Assembly: GCA_964645005.1 (NCBI GenBank)
Contig: CAZXYS010000001.1
Coordinates: 158,645 to 222,644 of the forward strand
Length of the DNA: 64,000 nucleotides
From: an uncultured Hyphomicrobiales bacterium
GTDB taxonomy: Bacteria; Bacteroidota; Ignavibacteria; Kapaibacteriales; UBA2268
Reading direction: 5' to 3'
A program made the translations under genes and the position numbers. The notes under the pieces are model-generated. The model was not told the DNA's origin. It saw only the letters and a program-made list of their open reading frames with translations, and did not search any database. Positions 36,807 through 47,100 of this stretch are shown here, piece after piece. Positions within the stretch are counted from its first letter, which is position 1. Every line of letters starts with the position of its first letter.

Positions 36807-37350
36807 TTAAATTTCAAAGAAAGTTAACTCTATTGATTTTAAATTTTCCATATATTATATTTAGTAAAATTTCTTCTGTATCCCATTTTGTTGCACCCAT
36901 TTTCGATAAATTTATATTCAAAATAATATAAATTTATTCTAATTATGAATACTTATTAATATTGATTGTGATAAAAGGAGTCGTTATATGAGTTATATAT
37001 TAATTTTAAGTTAAATAATATTAATTTAAGCTAATATCGAAAAAAAATTTAAAAAAAAATGAAATTTTCTGAGACGTTTTTGCATTTAATGTGTCACTGA
37101 TTAACAGAAGCTCAACAAAACATAAAAGAAGAATAGAAATCTGATTGGATCAATATTCTTTTACAGTTAGAGCAAAAATAAGAACAAGTTCTTTGAAAAC
37201 CGGGTGTTTTTTAGCAAAGGCTAAAAAAAGATCAAATTAAATAGGCTCAAATGTTAAAGAATTGTTGGGAAAAGTCCAATATTTTATTATTTTCGTTGAT
37301 TGTAAATAAATACGAATCACTTGTTAGACTAAAAATACGGATTTATATCA

Positions 37351-39042
37351 ATGCAAATCGAAGGTTCAAAGATTTTAATATTCGGCGGATGGGGACTTGT
37401 AGGTTCTGCGATCTGCCACAAGCTTATGGAACATTCACCCTCACAATTAATTGTATCTTCGTTGAGGCAGTCCGAAGCCGAAGATGCAGTTGAGCATCTG
37501 CGAAAGGAATATTCCGATTGCGACCCGAATATGTTTGTCCCAAAATGGGGAAATATCTTCACAAGAACGGAATGGAAAGATGATTGGTGGGGTGATATCA
37601 TAGAAGATGACCAAAGACGAAAAGGTGTTGTAAAGGATATTTTCAACGAATTGGACGAAGAGATTGTCAAAAAATCGGCACTGTATTCACTGGTGGAAGA
37701 AACTAAGCCGGATATAGTGATTGATTGCGTCAACACAGCAACAGCAATAGCATATCTCGATATTTATAACACAACATTAAATGTAGTTAGAGAAATCGAG
37801 GAAAACAATATAGACAGCAGCGATGTGGAAAAACTGATGACAAGCTCTTATATCCCGCAATTAATAAGACATATCCAGATTCTTAACAGGGCTTTGAACG
37901 ATAACAAAGCTAAATGCTACCTCAAGATTGGAACAAGTGGTACCGGCGGTATGGGAATGAACATCCCCTATACGCACAGCGAAGAAAGACCTTCCAGAGT
38001 TCTTCTTTCCAAAACTGCGGTAGCCGGGGCTCACAGCTTGCTGCTTTTCCTTTTGGCAAGAACCCCCGAAGGTCCTGTCGTTAAGGAAATTAAACCAACT
38101 GCTGCCATTGCCTGGAAACGGATAGCCTACGATAAGGTTAAAAAAGGCGGAAAACCAATTCAAATGGTTGACATGCCGCACGAGAAAGCAAGAAAAGTCA
38201 ACGGCAGTTTCAAGTTTGGCGACATCAACGACATTGAAGATCTTGGGGAAGATTACCAATCGGTCTTTATAGATACAGGCGAAAACGGTATCTTTTCTAA
38301 AGGAGAATTTGAAGCTATTAGCTCCCTCGGTCAGATGGAAATTGTTACACCGGAAGAAATAGCTGCCTACGCTGTCTTCGAATTAGCCGGCGGCAATACA
38401 GGTAAGGACTTTATTCAGGGATTGGACAGCTTCACTCTTGGACCAACCTATCGCGGCGGATTATTGCAAAATTCGGCTCTCGACAAAATCAAAGCTCTCG
38501 AAAAACAGCATAATATCGACAGTGTCGCATTTGAATTACTGGGTCCGCCGAGATTATCAAAACTGCTTTTCGAAGCCTTCCTGATTAAGAAAGTAGCAGG
38601 TTCCATGAGTGATGCCATCTATTATCAACCGGAGGATCTGGCAAATGAAGCCAATAAATTGATCAAGTTTGATGCTGAATTACGTTCCGAGATATTGTCT
38701 ATCGGTTTGGTAATTCTCTTGCCCGACGGCAATAATTACCTGAGAGGCAAACAGGTGAAAATACCTGTAAGCCGCGGGAAATCCGAACCAGAACTCACAC
38801 GGGAAAACGTGGAGCAGTGGTGCTGCGAAGGCTGGCTGGATTTAAGACCATCCAACTTTAAAGAATGGCAAAAGAGATTCAAAAATATCATCGAGCAGGC
38901 TAATAGTATCCCCGAAGATGAAACAAGTTCCAGATTCACTTACACTAAAGAATATTGGCAGGAATTCGAAACTATTGACGAAGGCAAAATCGCCGGTTGG
39001 ATATTTGAATTCGAAGATAAAGGATGGAGATTCAAAAGATAA
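37351..39042 (+). CDS. hypothetical protein with N-terminal Rossmann-fold NAD(P)-binding domain (saccharopine/carboxynorspermidine-dehydrogenase-like GxGxxG)
   Basis: KILIFGGWGLVGSAICHKL is a dinucleotide-binding motif. The remaining roughly 430 aa were not recognised. There is no signal peptide. The gene lies 82 bp upstream of the first giant T9SS cargo gene, in the same orientation. Confidence 0.45.
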   Translation: MQIEGSKILIFGGWGLVGSAICHKLMEHSPSQLIVSSLRQSEAEDAVEHLRKEYSDCDPNMFVPKWGNIFTRTEWKDDWWGDIIEDDQRRKGVVKDIFNELDEEIVKKSALYSLVEETKPDIVIDCVNTATAIAYLDIYNTTLNVVREIEENNIDSSDVEKLMTSSYIPQLIRHIQILNRALNDNKAKCYLKIGTSGTGGMGMNIPYTHSEERPSRVLLSKTAVAGAHSLLLFLLARTPEGPVVKEIKPTAAIAWKRIAYDKVKKGGKPIQMVDMPHEKARKVNGSFKFGDINDIEDLGEDYQSVFIDTGENGIFSKGEFEAISSLGQMEIVTPEEIAAYAVFELAGGNTGKDFIQGLDSFTLGPTYRGGLLQNSALDKIKALEKQHNIDSVAFELLGPPRLSKLLFEAFLIKKVAGSMSDAIYYQPEDLANEANKLIKFDAELRSEILSIGLVILLPDGNNYLRGKQVKIPVSRGKSEPELTRENVEQWCCEGWLDLRPSNFKEWQKRFKNIIEQANSIPEDETSSRFTYTKEYWQEFETIDEGKIAGWIFEFEDKGWRFKR

Positions 39043-39124
39043 TTATGAAAAATTTAAATATGATAAAATTAACTATTTTAATTAATTCAAGGGGTTTGTA
39101 CCATAAATATTTTAGGAGTACTTA

Positions 39125-42100
39125 ATGAAAAGGTTAATACTTTTACTCATCCTCGCGTTCACTATTACCAGTTTTGGCTTAGAAGCCAAAGATGGCAAAA
39201 ATAATGGCGACGAGGTACTGCGAAAGTCGGAATTTCTCGACTTGACCCAACCGGGGAACACAAGTTTCCCAAGGCCTTTCAATGAACTTAATAACCCGAA
39301 TACGCAAGGAGCGATTTCAACGGGCTATTACTTCGTTGACAGTGAATCAGACGCCGGCGACGAATGGAGACCTTCTCCCGAGATCGTCGACACTACTGTC
39401 GACCCGACTACCTGGTTCAGAATTCTATCTGGTCCAAGACAGGCTAAGGTCGACAACAGCTACAGAGAATTCTGGGAACAAAATCCTGATGAAGGATTGC
39501 GTTTCTTCAGAAATCCTGCTCTGCCTGACAACCCGGGTCCCGGAAGAAACTTCTTCCTGGATTTAAGCAACAGTGATTGCTTCGACTGCCATACTGACTC
39601 GACAGACGACGCAATCGCAGGACCAATCCCAATCAAATTCCCGTTCTATTTCAACGGTTTGCGCTTTGACAGTTTCTATGTTGGAACTAATGGTATCGTA
39701 GTTCTGTCCAACAGAAGATATCATTATGACAACGAAGGAAACAGAGTGGTGCCTGCCGGTTCAGAAATGGGTGCTTATGACCCAATGAGTAATGATTGGT
39801 TTGCCCGCGGCAGAAATATGTCAGCTTACAATCAGGGCTTGACTGACCCGACCGACGATAACTACGGCTACAGATATTCTGTTTGCGGTGGTAATCCCGA
39901 GGGCAGCCGTTACGGTGGTATCCGTACCAGACCTGCAAGTAATCCCAACTCTAATAATCTCGGTAGATTGGGTAACTTCGCTCAGGTAATAGCTCCTTTC
40001 TGGGCTGACATGCACCTGTCCCAGTACAACGCTGTTGATAATGAAATTGATGACCACGGAAAAGTTTACTACAAACGTGATAGAGTAGGTAATGAACTTA
40101 TTATCTATTTCATCAACGTTGCTCCGGCAAGAACGAAATACAACCATATCGGTCAGGGATACAATGCTCCTATGAATCGCAGGTTAGGTCATCAGAACTA
40201 TACCTCATCTTCAGCTCAGGTAAAACTTGACCGCCGCGACAGCAGTGTAACAATTACTTACGAATCATTCATCGGCAACGTTGTTATTTCCGGACGCGGC
40301 TATGATGCAAAACTGATCTTCCGCGCCAGTACCACAAGTGGTGTACGCGGATTCGCACGCCACATCAATTATGGTCAAGGCGGCGGCACACAAACACCGT
40401 GGGCATATTACTACGAGCAGATGACACATTACCATAACTGTTTGATATCAACTGCGGTATCTTATCCCAGCAATTATCTGTCGATCAAATTCAAACAGTG
40501 GAAAAACACACTGCGAGTCGTAGATATTCAGTATCGCATAAGAAGTAAAGATCCTGATGCAAATCTTGACTTTGATCCGGATGGCTGCAGGGACTGCCTC
40601 ATAAAAGATCCTAGAAATTACGAATTGCTCGCAGGTCACGAAAGACTGGGCGCAATTCAGCCAGTAGCATTGATCCAGAATATTTCAAATAATATTCAGG
40701 GACCAAATGGAATAAACTTCCAACCACAGGAAATGAACTTCAGGGCAAGATTCTTAATCAAGAACCAGGCTACGGAAAGGATCGTGTATAACAGATTCGT
40801 ACCTATCGACAGCTTATGTCTTTCATTGCCGGACTCGTTGTCCCACATGTGTAAAGGCAATCCTAATATAAGCGTACGCTATGTCAAGGTATCGAAAGAC
40901 AAGTCAGGTAATTACGAAGCTGAAGAACATTCACCAATACTGCCGAACAACTACAACGGAATTCCGCCTTATGGCTTTGTACAGGTTATGTTCCCGCCAT
41001 TTGAGCCAAACGAATTCCTTCCAAACCATATCGGCAGACTGCAGGCATTCGTTATAGCCGAACCGCAGGATCCTCAAACAGGCAGGGGTTTCGGCGATGA
41101 ATGGCCCTTTGACGATACAACGAGCGTACAGTTGTTCTCAATGAACAGACTTGATGAGTTCAAAGATGATGTAACTCATTACCACATCATTGGCAACAAC
41201 CCGATGCCCTCAACTCTGAAATGGGTTAACATCGAAGCAACTATCGCTTCCGGTGATGATGTATCACATCATCCGCTGCCGCCGCGCGGTGAATTCCCTG
41301 CAACTAACAATCTTGACTTTCAACTGAGTAAAAATGAAATTGACTTTACAAACTTCAGGCTGAGGTCACCGGTCATTGAAATGAACCGTAAATTTTTGAG
41401 CGGTCTTGATATGTCATCCGGTCAAAGCGATTATGCAGGCGATGAAATCCGCTCATTCCCGATCAATCTTCTCCGGGGTGAACCGGCTTATAAAGCTGTA
41501 CTTTCCGTATCATTCCAGAGAACAGCAAAACAAAGAGACTGGCCCAGAGGCTGGAGCGACAATATGCTCGTCGGTATCGAGCCAAGACCTTTCATAAACG
41601 GTGACGATCTGTCCTGGATGGGCCGCAAATGGAAAGGCGGAAACTATAACTGGGGAAGTACCGCATCCTACTATCCTGATGAGATCAGAGTAGAACTTAT
41701 GGCTCCCAGTCCCGATGGAATTCACTATATAACAAACGTTGAAGAAGATAGATGGAATATCCATCCACGCAGAGGCGGTCTGAAACCTATTACAGGAGAG
41801 CCAGCCTACAGATTATACGGCTCTAACGGTCACTTTACCGGCTTCTTAGAGTCAGATCCTGATTCTTCGCTCGAACAGTCAAACTGGAATGATCGTCAGG
41901 GCGGCTTCAGAGGCGATGCCTATGACGAAGGTATTGACTATGAATTCCAGAAGGCATACGTTGCCATTCCTGATACCTTCATTAATGCACAGAATCAGGG
42001 CGCCAAGAACTTCAGATTCAGAATCAGAGTATATGCAAGTAACGACAAGAAATGTCTTACCTGTATCCCTGATGACGACGACCAGTTCTATGTGGACAAC

Positions 42101-43993
42101 GTTAAGATCCTGAGAAAATCAGAGATCACCGACATCGAAGTAAGTAAAGTAAGTATAAGATGGCCCTACACAGTGGCGCCGGCATCACAGGCAGAAAAAA
42201 TCCCTGTGTCAGTTAAATTGAGTAACAACACTTCAGTCATGGCACCTCAATACTGGGTGAAAGTCAAGATATTCAAAGGCGGAGGTGATGATATACCACC
42301 GGCATGGGAGGCAATATACTGCGAAACAAAATCAGTTCCTTTCCACAGTGAAAGAGAAGATGAGATTATAGATATGCCCAAATGGAATGCACGAGATCAC
42401 GGACCGGGTGAATATAAGATCGTAGCCAACATTATTATTGAAGGCGGCGACCTTGAACCGTTCAACGATACTACTTACACTGATGTTGAACTGCAATTCG
42501 GTGATGTCTTCGCTTATGATCCTGTACAAAATCCAAGGAACAATGTTGAAGATAACCAGTTTACAGGTGTTCTCGGACGTGGTCTGACACTTTACGGCGC
42601 TGCATTCGGTGGAGTTGGTAATATCAGACGCATAAACTATGGTTCTTATACAACGGAACACGCAGCAGGCGCAAGAGCCGGATCAGGTTCCGGTCAGATA
42701 GCTGCGAAATTCAAGCTTGTCAGAGCTGACACAATCAAAGGCTTCCAGGCATTCTACGGAAGACTCAGTGCTTCTCCTGATAATATATCTCTTGCTATCT
42801 ACACAGACCGGAATGACTTCGTTCCGAATCAAATTGTACCTGGTTCACTTATCTACAAACTGCGTGGATATGACGATGAAAGAGACACTCTGGCTTACGA
42901 TGAATACGTAACTCACTTGCTGGATGATCCGGTAATTCTTCCGGCAGGTACATACTGGGTAGTTGTCGCACAGCTTGGTCACGATGGTATCGAGCTTGGT
43001 GCTTCAAAAACAAGAATGGGTATGAGAACAACAAACTGTTATGTCCAGCCAATTATTACTCAGACTAAGACTATCGGTCAGAGCGGTTTCCACCTGATGA
43101 TCGAGAAGAACTTCAGGAAGAGGATCAATATTGGCCAAGAATACAGGCTGATAAACGATAACTTCTTCGCAGTTGAAAATACGCGCGGAAGTAACGAATG
43201 GATGGCATTTATGCCAACTGTCGGTAACCCGGCTTATGCTCACCTCGATCACTTCGGTGCAGTTGACAACGGTGCTACTGTCACTCTGTCACGCGGCGGA
43301 TGGATCCCGATGTTGAGACCATATCTCGGTGAAAAACCATCAGGTGAGAAGATCGGTGAATATGATCCTTGCCCGGAGGATATTCCTGTCGAACTTACAA
43401 GCTTCGACGGTGTAATGAGCAGAGGCAGAATCGATCTCATGTGGGAAACTGCTTCGGAAACCAACAACTACGGCTTCTATGTTGAAAGAAGAGTAGCAAC
43501 CGATGATCCTAATGCAGAATGGAACAAGATCACAATGGTCAAGAGCAAAGCAGGCGAAAACGGCAACTCGAATGCAACTCTTAGCTACACATACAAAGAC
43601 TATGATGTAACACCTAATACAACATATCAGTACCGGCTGCGCCAGCTTGATATCGACGGTACGGAAGCATGCGAATGCTCAGATATCATTTCCGTCACTT
43701 ACGATCAGGCTTATGCTCTCGATCTGAAGCAGAATTCACCTAACCCGTTCTCTGACTTTACTAACATCAAATTTACCGTTCCCGAAAGGCAGCATGTCAA
43801 GGTTGAAGTTCTTGACATCTATGGTAACGTAGTTTACACAGTTGTCGATGATCAGCTTTCAGCCGGAACGCATGATACCTTTAACTGGAAAGGTATTGAT
43901 CAGAGTGGTAAGAAAGTCGCAAATGGTACTTATATTTGCAGACTTACTGCCGGCGACAAAGTAAGAACGAATAAGATGACAATTACCAGATAA
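39125..43993 (+). CDS. giant (1622 aa) secreted protein with T9SS C-terminal sorting domain; unrecognised domain architecture
   Basis: Signal peptide MKRLILLLILAFTITSFGLEA and a good RBS. The C-terminus LKQNSPNPFSDFTNIKFTVPERQHVKVEVLDIYGN...GTYICRLTAGDKVRTNKMTITR is a Por/T9SS CTD. The body carries conserved Cys pairs (CFDCH, CRDCL, CLTCIPDDDD) and no catalytic motif I can name. Confidence 0.75.
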   Translation: MKRLILLLILAFTITSFGLEAKDGKNNGDEVLRKSEFLDLTQPGNTSFPRPFNELNNPNTQGAISTGYYFVDSESDAGDEWRPSPEIVDTTVDPTTWFRILSGPRQAKVDNSYREFWEQNPDEGLRFFRNPALPDNPGPGRNFFLDLSNSDCFDCHTDSTDDAIAGPIPIKFPFYFNGLRFDSFYVGTNGIVVLSNRRYHYDNEGNRVVPAGSEMGAYDPMSNDWFARGRNMSAYNQGLTDPTDDNYGYRYSVCGGNPEGSRYGGIRTRPASNPNSNNLGRLGNFAQVIAPFWADMHLSQYNAVDNEIDDHGKVYYKRDRVGNELIIYFINVAPARTKYNHIGQGYNAPMNRRLGHQNYTSSSAQVKLDRRDSSVTITYESFIGNVVISGRGYDAKLIFRASTTSGVRGFARHINYGQGGGTQTPWAYYYEQMTHYHNCLISTAVSYPSNYLSIKFKQWKNTLRVVDIQYRIRSKDPDANLDFDPDGCRDCLIKDPRNYELLAGHERLGAIQPVALIQNISNNIQGPNGINFQPQEMNFRARFLIKNQATERIVYNRFVPIDSLCLSLPDSLSHMCKGNPNISVRYVKVSKDKSGNYEAEEHSPILPNNYNGIPPYGFVQVMFPPFEPNEFLPNHIGRLQAFVIAEPQDPQTGRGFGDEWPFDDTTSVQLFSMNRLDEFKDDVTHYHIIGNNPMPSTLKWVNIEATIASGDDVSHHPLPPRGEFPATNNLDFQLSKNEIDFTNFRLRSPVIEMNRKFLSGLDMSSGQSDYAGDEIRSFPINLLRGEPAYKAVLSVSFQRTAKQRDWPRGWSDNMLVGIEPRPFINGDDLSWMGRKWKGGNYNWGSTASYYPDEIRVELMAPSPDGIHYITNVEEDRWNIHPRRGGLKPITGEPAYRLYGSNGHFTGFLESDPDSSLEQSNWNDRQGGFRGDAYDEGIDYEFQKAYVAIPDTFINAQNQGAKNFRFRIRVYASNDKKCLTCIPDDDDQFYVDNVKILRKSEITDIEVSKVSIRWPYTVAPASQAEKIPVSVKLSNNTSVMAPQYWVKVKIFKGGGDDIPPAWEAIYCETKSVPFHSEREDEIIDMPKWNARDHGPGEYKIVANIIIEGGDLEPFNDTTYTDVELQFGDVFAYDPVQNPRNNVEDNQFTGVLGRGLTLYGAAFGGVGNIRRINYGSYTTEHAAGARAGSGSGQIAAKFKLVRADTIKGFQAFYGRLSASPDNISLAIYTDRNDFVPNQIVPGSLIYKLRGYDDERDTLAYDEYVTHLLDDPVILPAGTYWVVVAQLGHDGIELGASKTRMGMRTTNCYVQPIITQTKTIGQSGFHLMIEKNFRKRINIGQEYRLINDNFFAVENTRGSNEWMAFMPTVGNPAYAHLDHFGAVDNGATVTLSRGGWIPMLRPYLGEKPSGEKIGEYDPCPEDIPVELTSFDGVMSRGRIDLMWETASETNNYGFYVERRVATDDPNAEWNKITMVKSKAGENGNSNATLSYTYKDYDVTPNTTYQYRLRQLDIDGTEACECSDIISVTYDQAYALDLKQNSPNPFSDFTNIKFTVPERQHVKVEVLDIYGNVVYTVVDDQLSAGTHDTFNWKGIDQSGKKVANGTYICRLTAGDKVRTNKMTITR

Positions 43994-44042
43994 TTAGTTG
44001 AACACATACTAAAATTAGGTTAATTGTCATAAGCCAATATAT

Positions 44043-44078
44043 CAGCCCTCTGGTTAAAAACGGAGGGCTGTTTTTTTT
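44043..44078 (+). terminator. rho-independent terminator after first giant paralog
   Basis: CAGCCCTC-TGGTTAAAAACG-GAGGGCTG hairpin followed by T8. Confidence 0.7.
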
Positions 44079-44144
44079 AAAAAAAACTTTTCCGGTGCCT
44101 TAACGACTTAAAAAATTGTTCTTAAAATTATTGGGAGATGCCTT

Positions 44145-47100
44145 ATGAAAAAGCTGCTGCTTTTGTTGAGTCTGTTATTACCTTTTAACATTTCAGTTAT
44201 AAATGCTGAAGATGGTAAGAACAACGGAGATGAGTTGTTAAGAGAATCAAAGTTTTTCGACATAACTCAGCCGGGTAACACAAGCTTCCCCAGCCCCTTC
44301 ACTGAACTTGATAATCCAAGCACAAAGCCTGGAGTTACCACCGGTTATTTTTTTGTCGACAGTGAATCGGATATTGAAGATAACTGGAGACCAAGACCAA
44401 TAATAGTTGATACCACTGAAGACCCAACAAATTGGTACAGGATTTTGTCCGGCCCCCGGCAAGTGAAAGGTTCCGATGGGAATTACAGGACTTACTGGGA
44501 AGAACATTAGGGAGAAGGGCTGCGCTTCTTCAGGAATCCGGCATTACCTGAAAATCCGGGACCAAATCGTAACTTCTTTCTTGACTTAAGCAACAGTTCT
44601 TGTTCTGATTGCCATACTGACTCTACCGATGATGCGATCGCCGGACCTATCTCCATAAAATTCCCATTTTACTTCAACGGACTGCGTTTTGACAGTTTCT
44701 ATGTCTCGACTAACGGAATAATTGCGCTGACCAACAGGCGTTATTATTACGACGACAACGGAAACAGAACAATACCTGATGATTCAAAGACCGGCGCTTA
44801 TGACCCTATGAGCAACGACTGGTTCGCCCGTGATAGAGATATGGATGCTTATAATGACGGCTTGACTGATCCAACAAAAGATAATTACGGGTACAAATAC
44901 TCTGTATGCGGCGGAGATCCTTTAAGCAGGTTTGGAGGTATACGCAAAAGGACTTTGAGTACCCCCGAAGATAATGACTTGAGCAATCTGGGTAATTTTG
45001 CACAGGTAATTGCACCGTTTTGGGGAGATATGCATCTGTCGCAGTATGATGCACCTGATAGAGTTGTTGATGACCACGGTAAGGTGTATTATAAACGTTA
45101 TGATGACAGTGATGAACTGTTAATTTATATCATGAACATCTCACCAGTGAGAACCAAATATAATCAACTGGGACAGGAATATACGGCAAAAATGGATATA
45201 AGGCTTGGAGATAACAATTATGCTTCGGCATCAGCGCAAATAAAGCTTAATGGTGCTGACAGCAGCATAACTTTTACCTATGAATCTTTCATCGGAAATG
45301 TTGTAATTCGTGGGCGTGGTTACGATCCCAAGCTTATATTCCGCGCAAGTACAACCAGTGGTGTAAGAGGTTTCGCTCGTCATGTCAATTATGGACAGAG
45401 TGGTGGTACCAAGCACCCCTGGGCAAATTACTACGAGCAGTTGACTCATTATAGCAATTGTCTGAAATCATTGGAAGTAAGTCATCCTTCTAACTATCTG
45501 GCAATAAAATTTAAACAATGGAAAAATACATTAAGAACTGTTGATATACAATTTCGTGTACGTAGTAAGGATTCGACAGAAGGGCTTGATTTTGCTCCCG
45601 AAGGATGTACGGATTGTTTGATAAAAGATCCCAGGTATTTTGAGATGTTAGCCGGTCATGAACGTCTCGGCGCTATACAGCCCGTAGGATTGATACAAAA
45701 TCTCTCGAATAATATACAGGGTCAGGGAGGTATTAACTTCCAAGAGCAGGATTTGAATTTCGGTGCAAGATTTACTATCAAGAATCAGGCAACCGAAAGA
45801 TTGCTTTATAGCAAATATGTTCCCATTGACAGCACTTGTCTGGCATTGCCGGATTCATTGTCACATTTGTGCGATGGCGATTCCACCACCAGCGTCCGTT
45901 ATGTCAAGGTATATAAAGATAAGAATGGGGATTACGAAACTTCGGAGTACTATCCTCCGCTGCCGGATGACTATAACGGCATTCCACCTTATAAATTTGT
46001 AGAGGTAGTATTTCCTCCTTTTATCCCAAATGAATATCTGCCCAATCATGTAGGACGCTTGCAGGCGACGCTCTCAGTAGAGCCACAGGATCCTTCCACC
46101 GGTGAAGGCTTTGGCGATGAATGGCAATTTGATGATACCGCAAGTGTAGTGCTGTTCTCCATGAACAGGCTTAATGAATTCAAGGATGATGTAACTCATT
46201 ATCATTTGATTGGTAACAACGCAATACCTTCGACGCTGAAATGGGTAAACATTGATGCGGAAGCAGCAGACGGCGACGATGTTTCACACCATCCGTTGCC
46301 TCCAAGAGGTGAATATCCGGCGACCAACAATCTTGATTTTAATTTGGATACAAATGATATTGATTTTACTAAATTCCATCTAAACTCTCCTGTGATAGAA
46401 ATGAACCGCATGGATCTTAAGGGAAATGATAAATCCAGCGGTCAAAGCGATTATGCAGGAGATGAGATACGTTCGTTCCCTATAAATCTACTCAAAGGTG
46501 AACCTGCTTATGATGCTGTTATTTCGGTTTCCTTGCAGCGAACAGCTAAACGGAGAGACTGGCCCCGTGGCTGGAGCGATAACATGCTGATAGGTATCGA
46601 ACCACGCCCATTCATAAATGGTGATGAGCTGTCCTGGATGGGGCGCTATTGGAATAGCAGGAAGCTCGACTGGGAGGCTGCCGCTTCCTGCTATCCCGAT
46701 GAGCTAAGGATCGAATTGCTGGCTCCGAGCCCGGATGGCGTACACTATATCACCAATCCGGATGAAGAAAGATGGACACTTCATCCCCGCAGAGGCGGTC
46801 TGGAGCCCGTAACAACCGAACCTGCATATAGATTATACGGTTCTAATGGGCATTTCACAGGATTTTTAGAGTCCGATCCCGACTCATCACTGAATCAAAC
46901 TAATTGGAATAACTTTCAGGGCGGTTTAAGGAGCGACATTTACGACGACGGAATAGACGAAGAATTCCAAAAAGCTTACGTAGAAATTCCCGATACTTTC
47001 ATCAATGCTGCAAACGAAGGTGCCAGGAACTTCCGCTTTAGAATAAAGGTTCACGCAAGCAACGACCGGAAATGCCCCACCTGCATACCCGATGACGACG

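Noticed and set aside
37251-37736. 80-aa + and 135-aa - ORFs at the start of the Rossmann-protein gene
   Set aside because: They overlap the well-supported 563-aa CDS in other frames. No RBS or motif support.
44508-44510. In-frame TAG as evidence of stop-codon reassignment or programmed readthrough
   Set aside because: TAG clearly terminates other genes in the window (the S8 peptidase at 26186-26188). It is a single occurrence and is accompanied by a second, frameshift lesion in the same gene. A pseudogene or sequencing error is more parsimonious.
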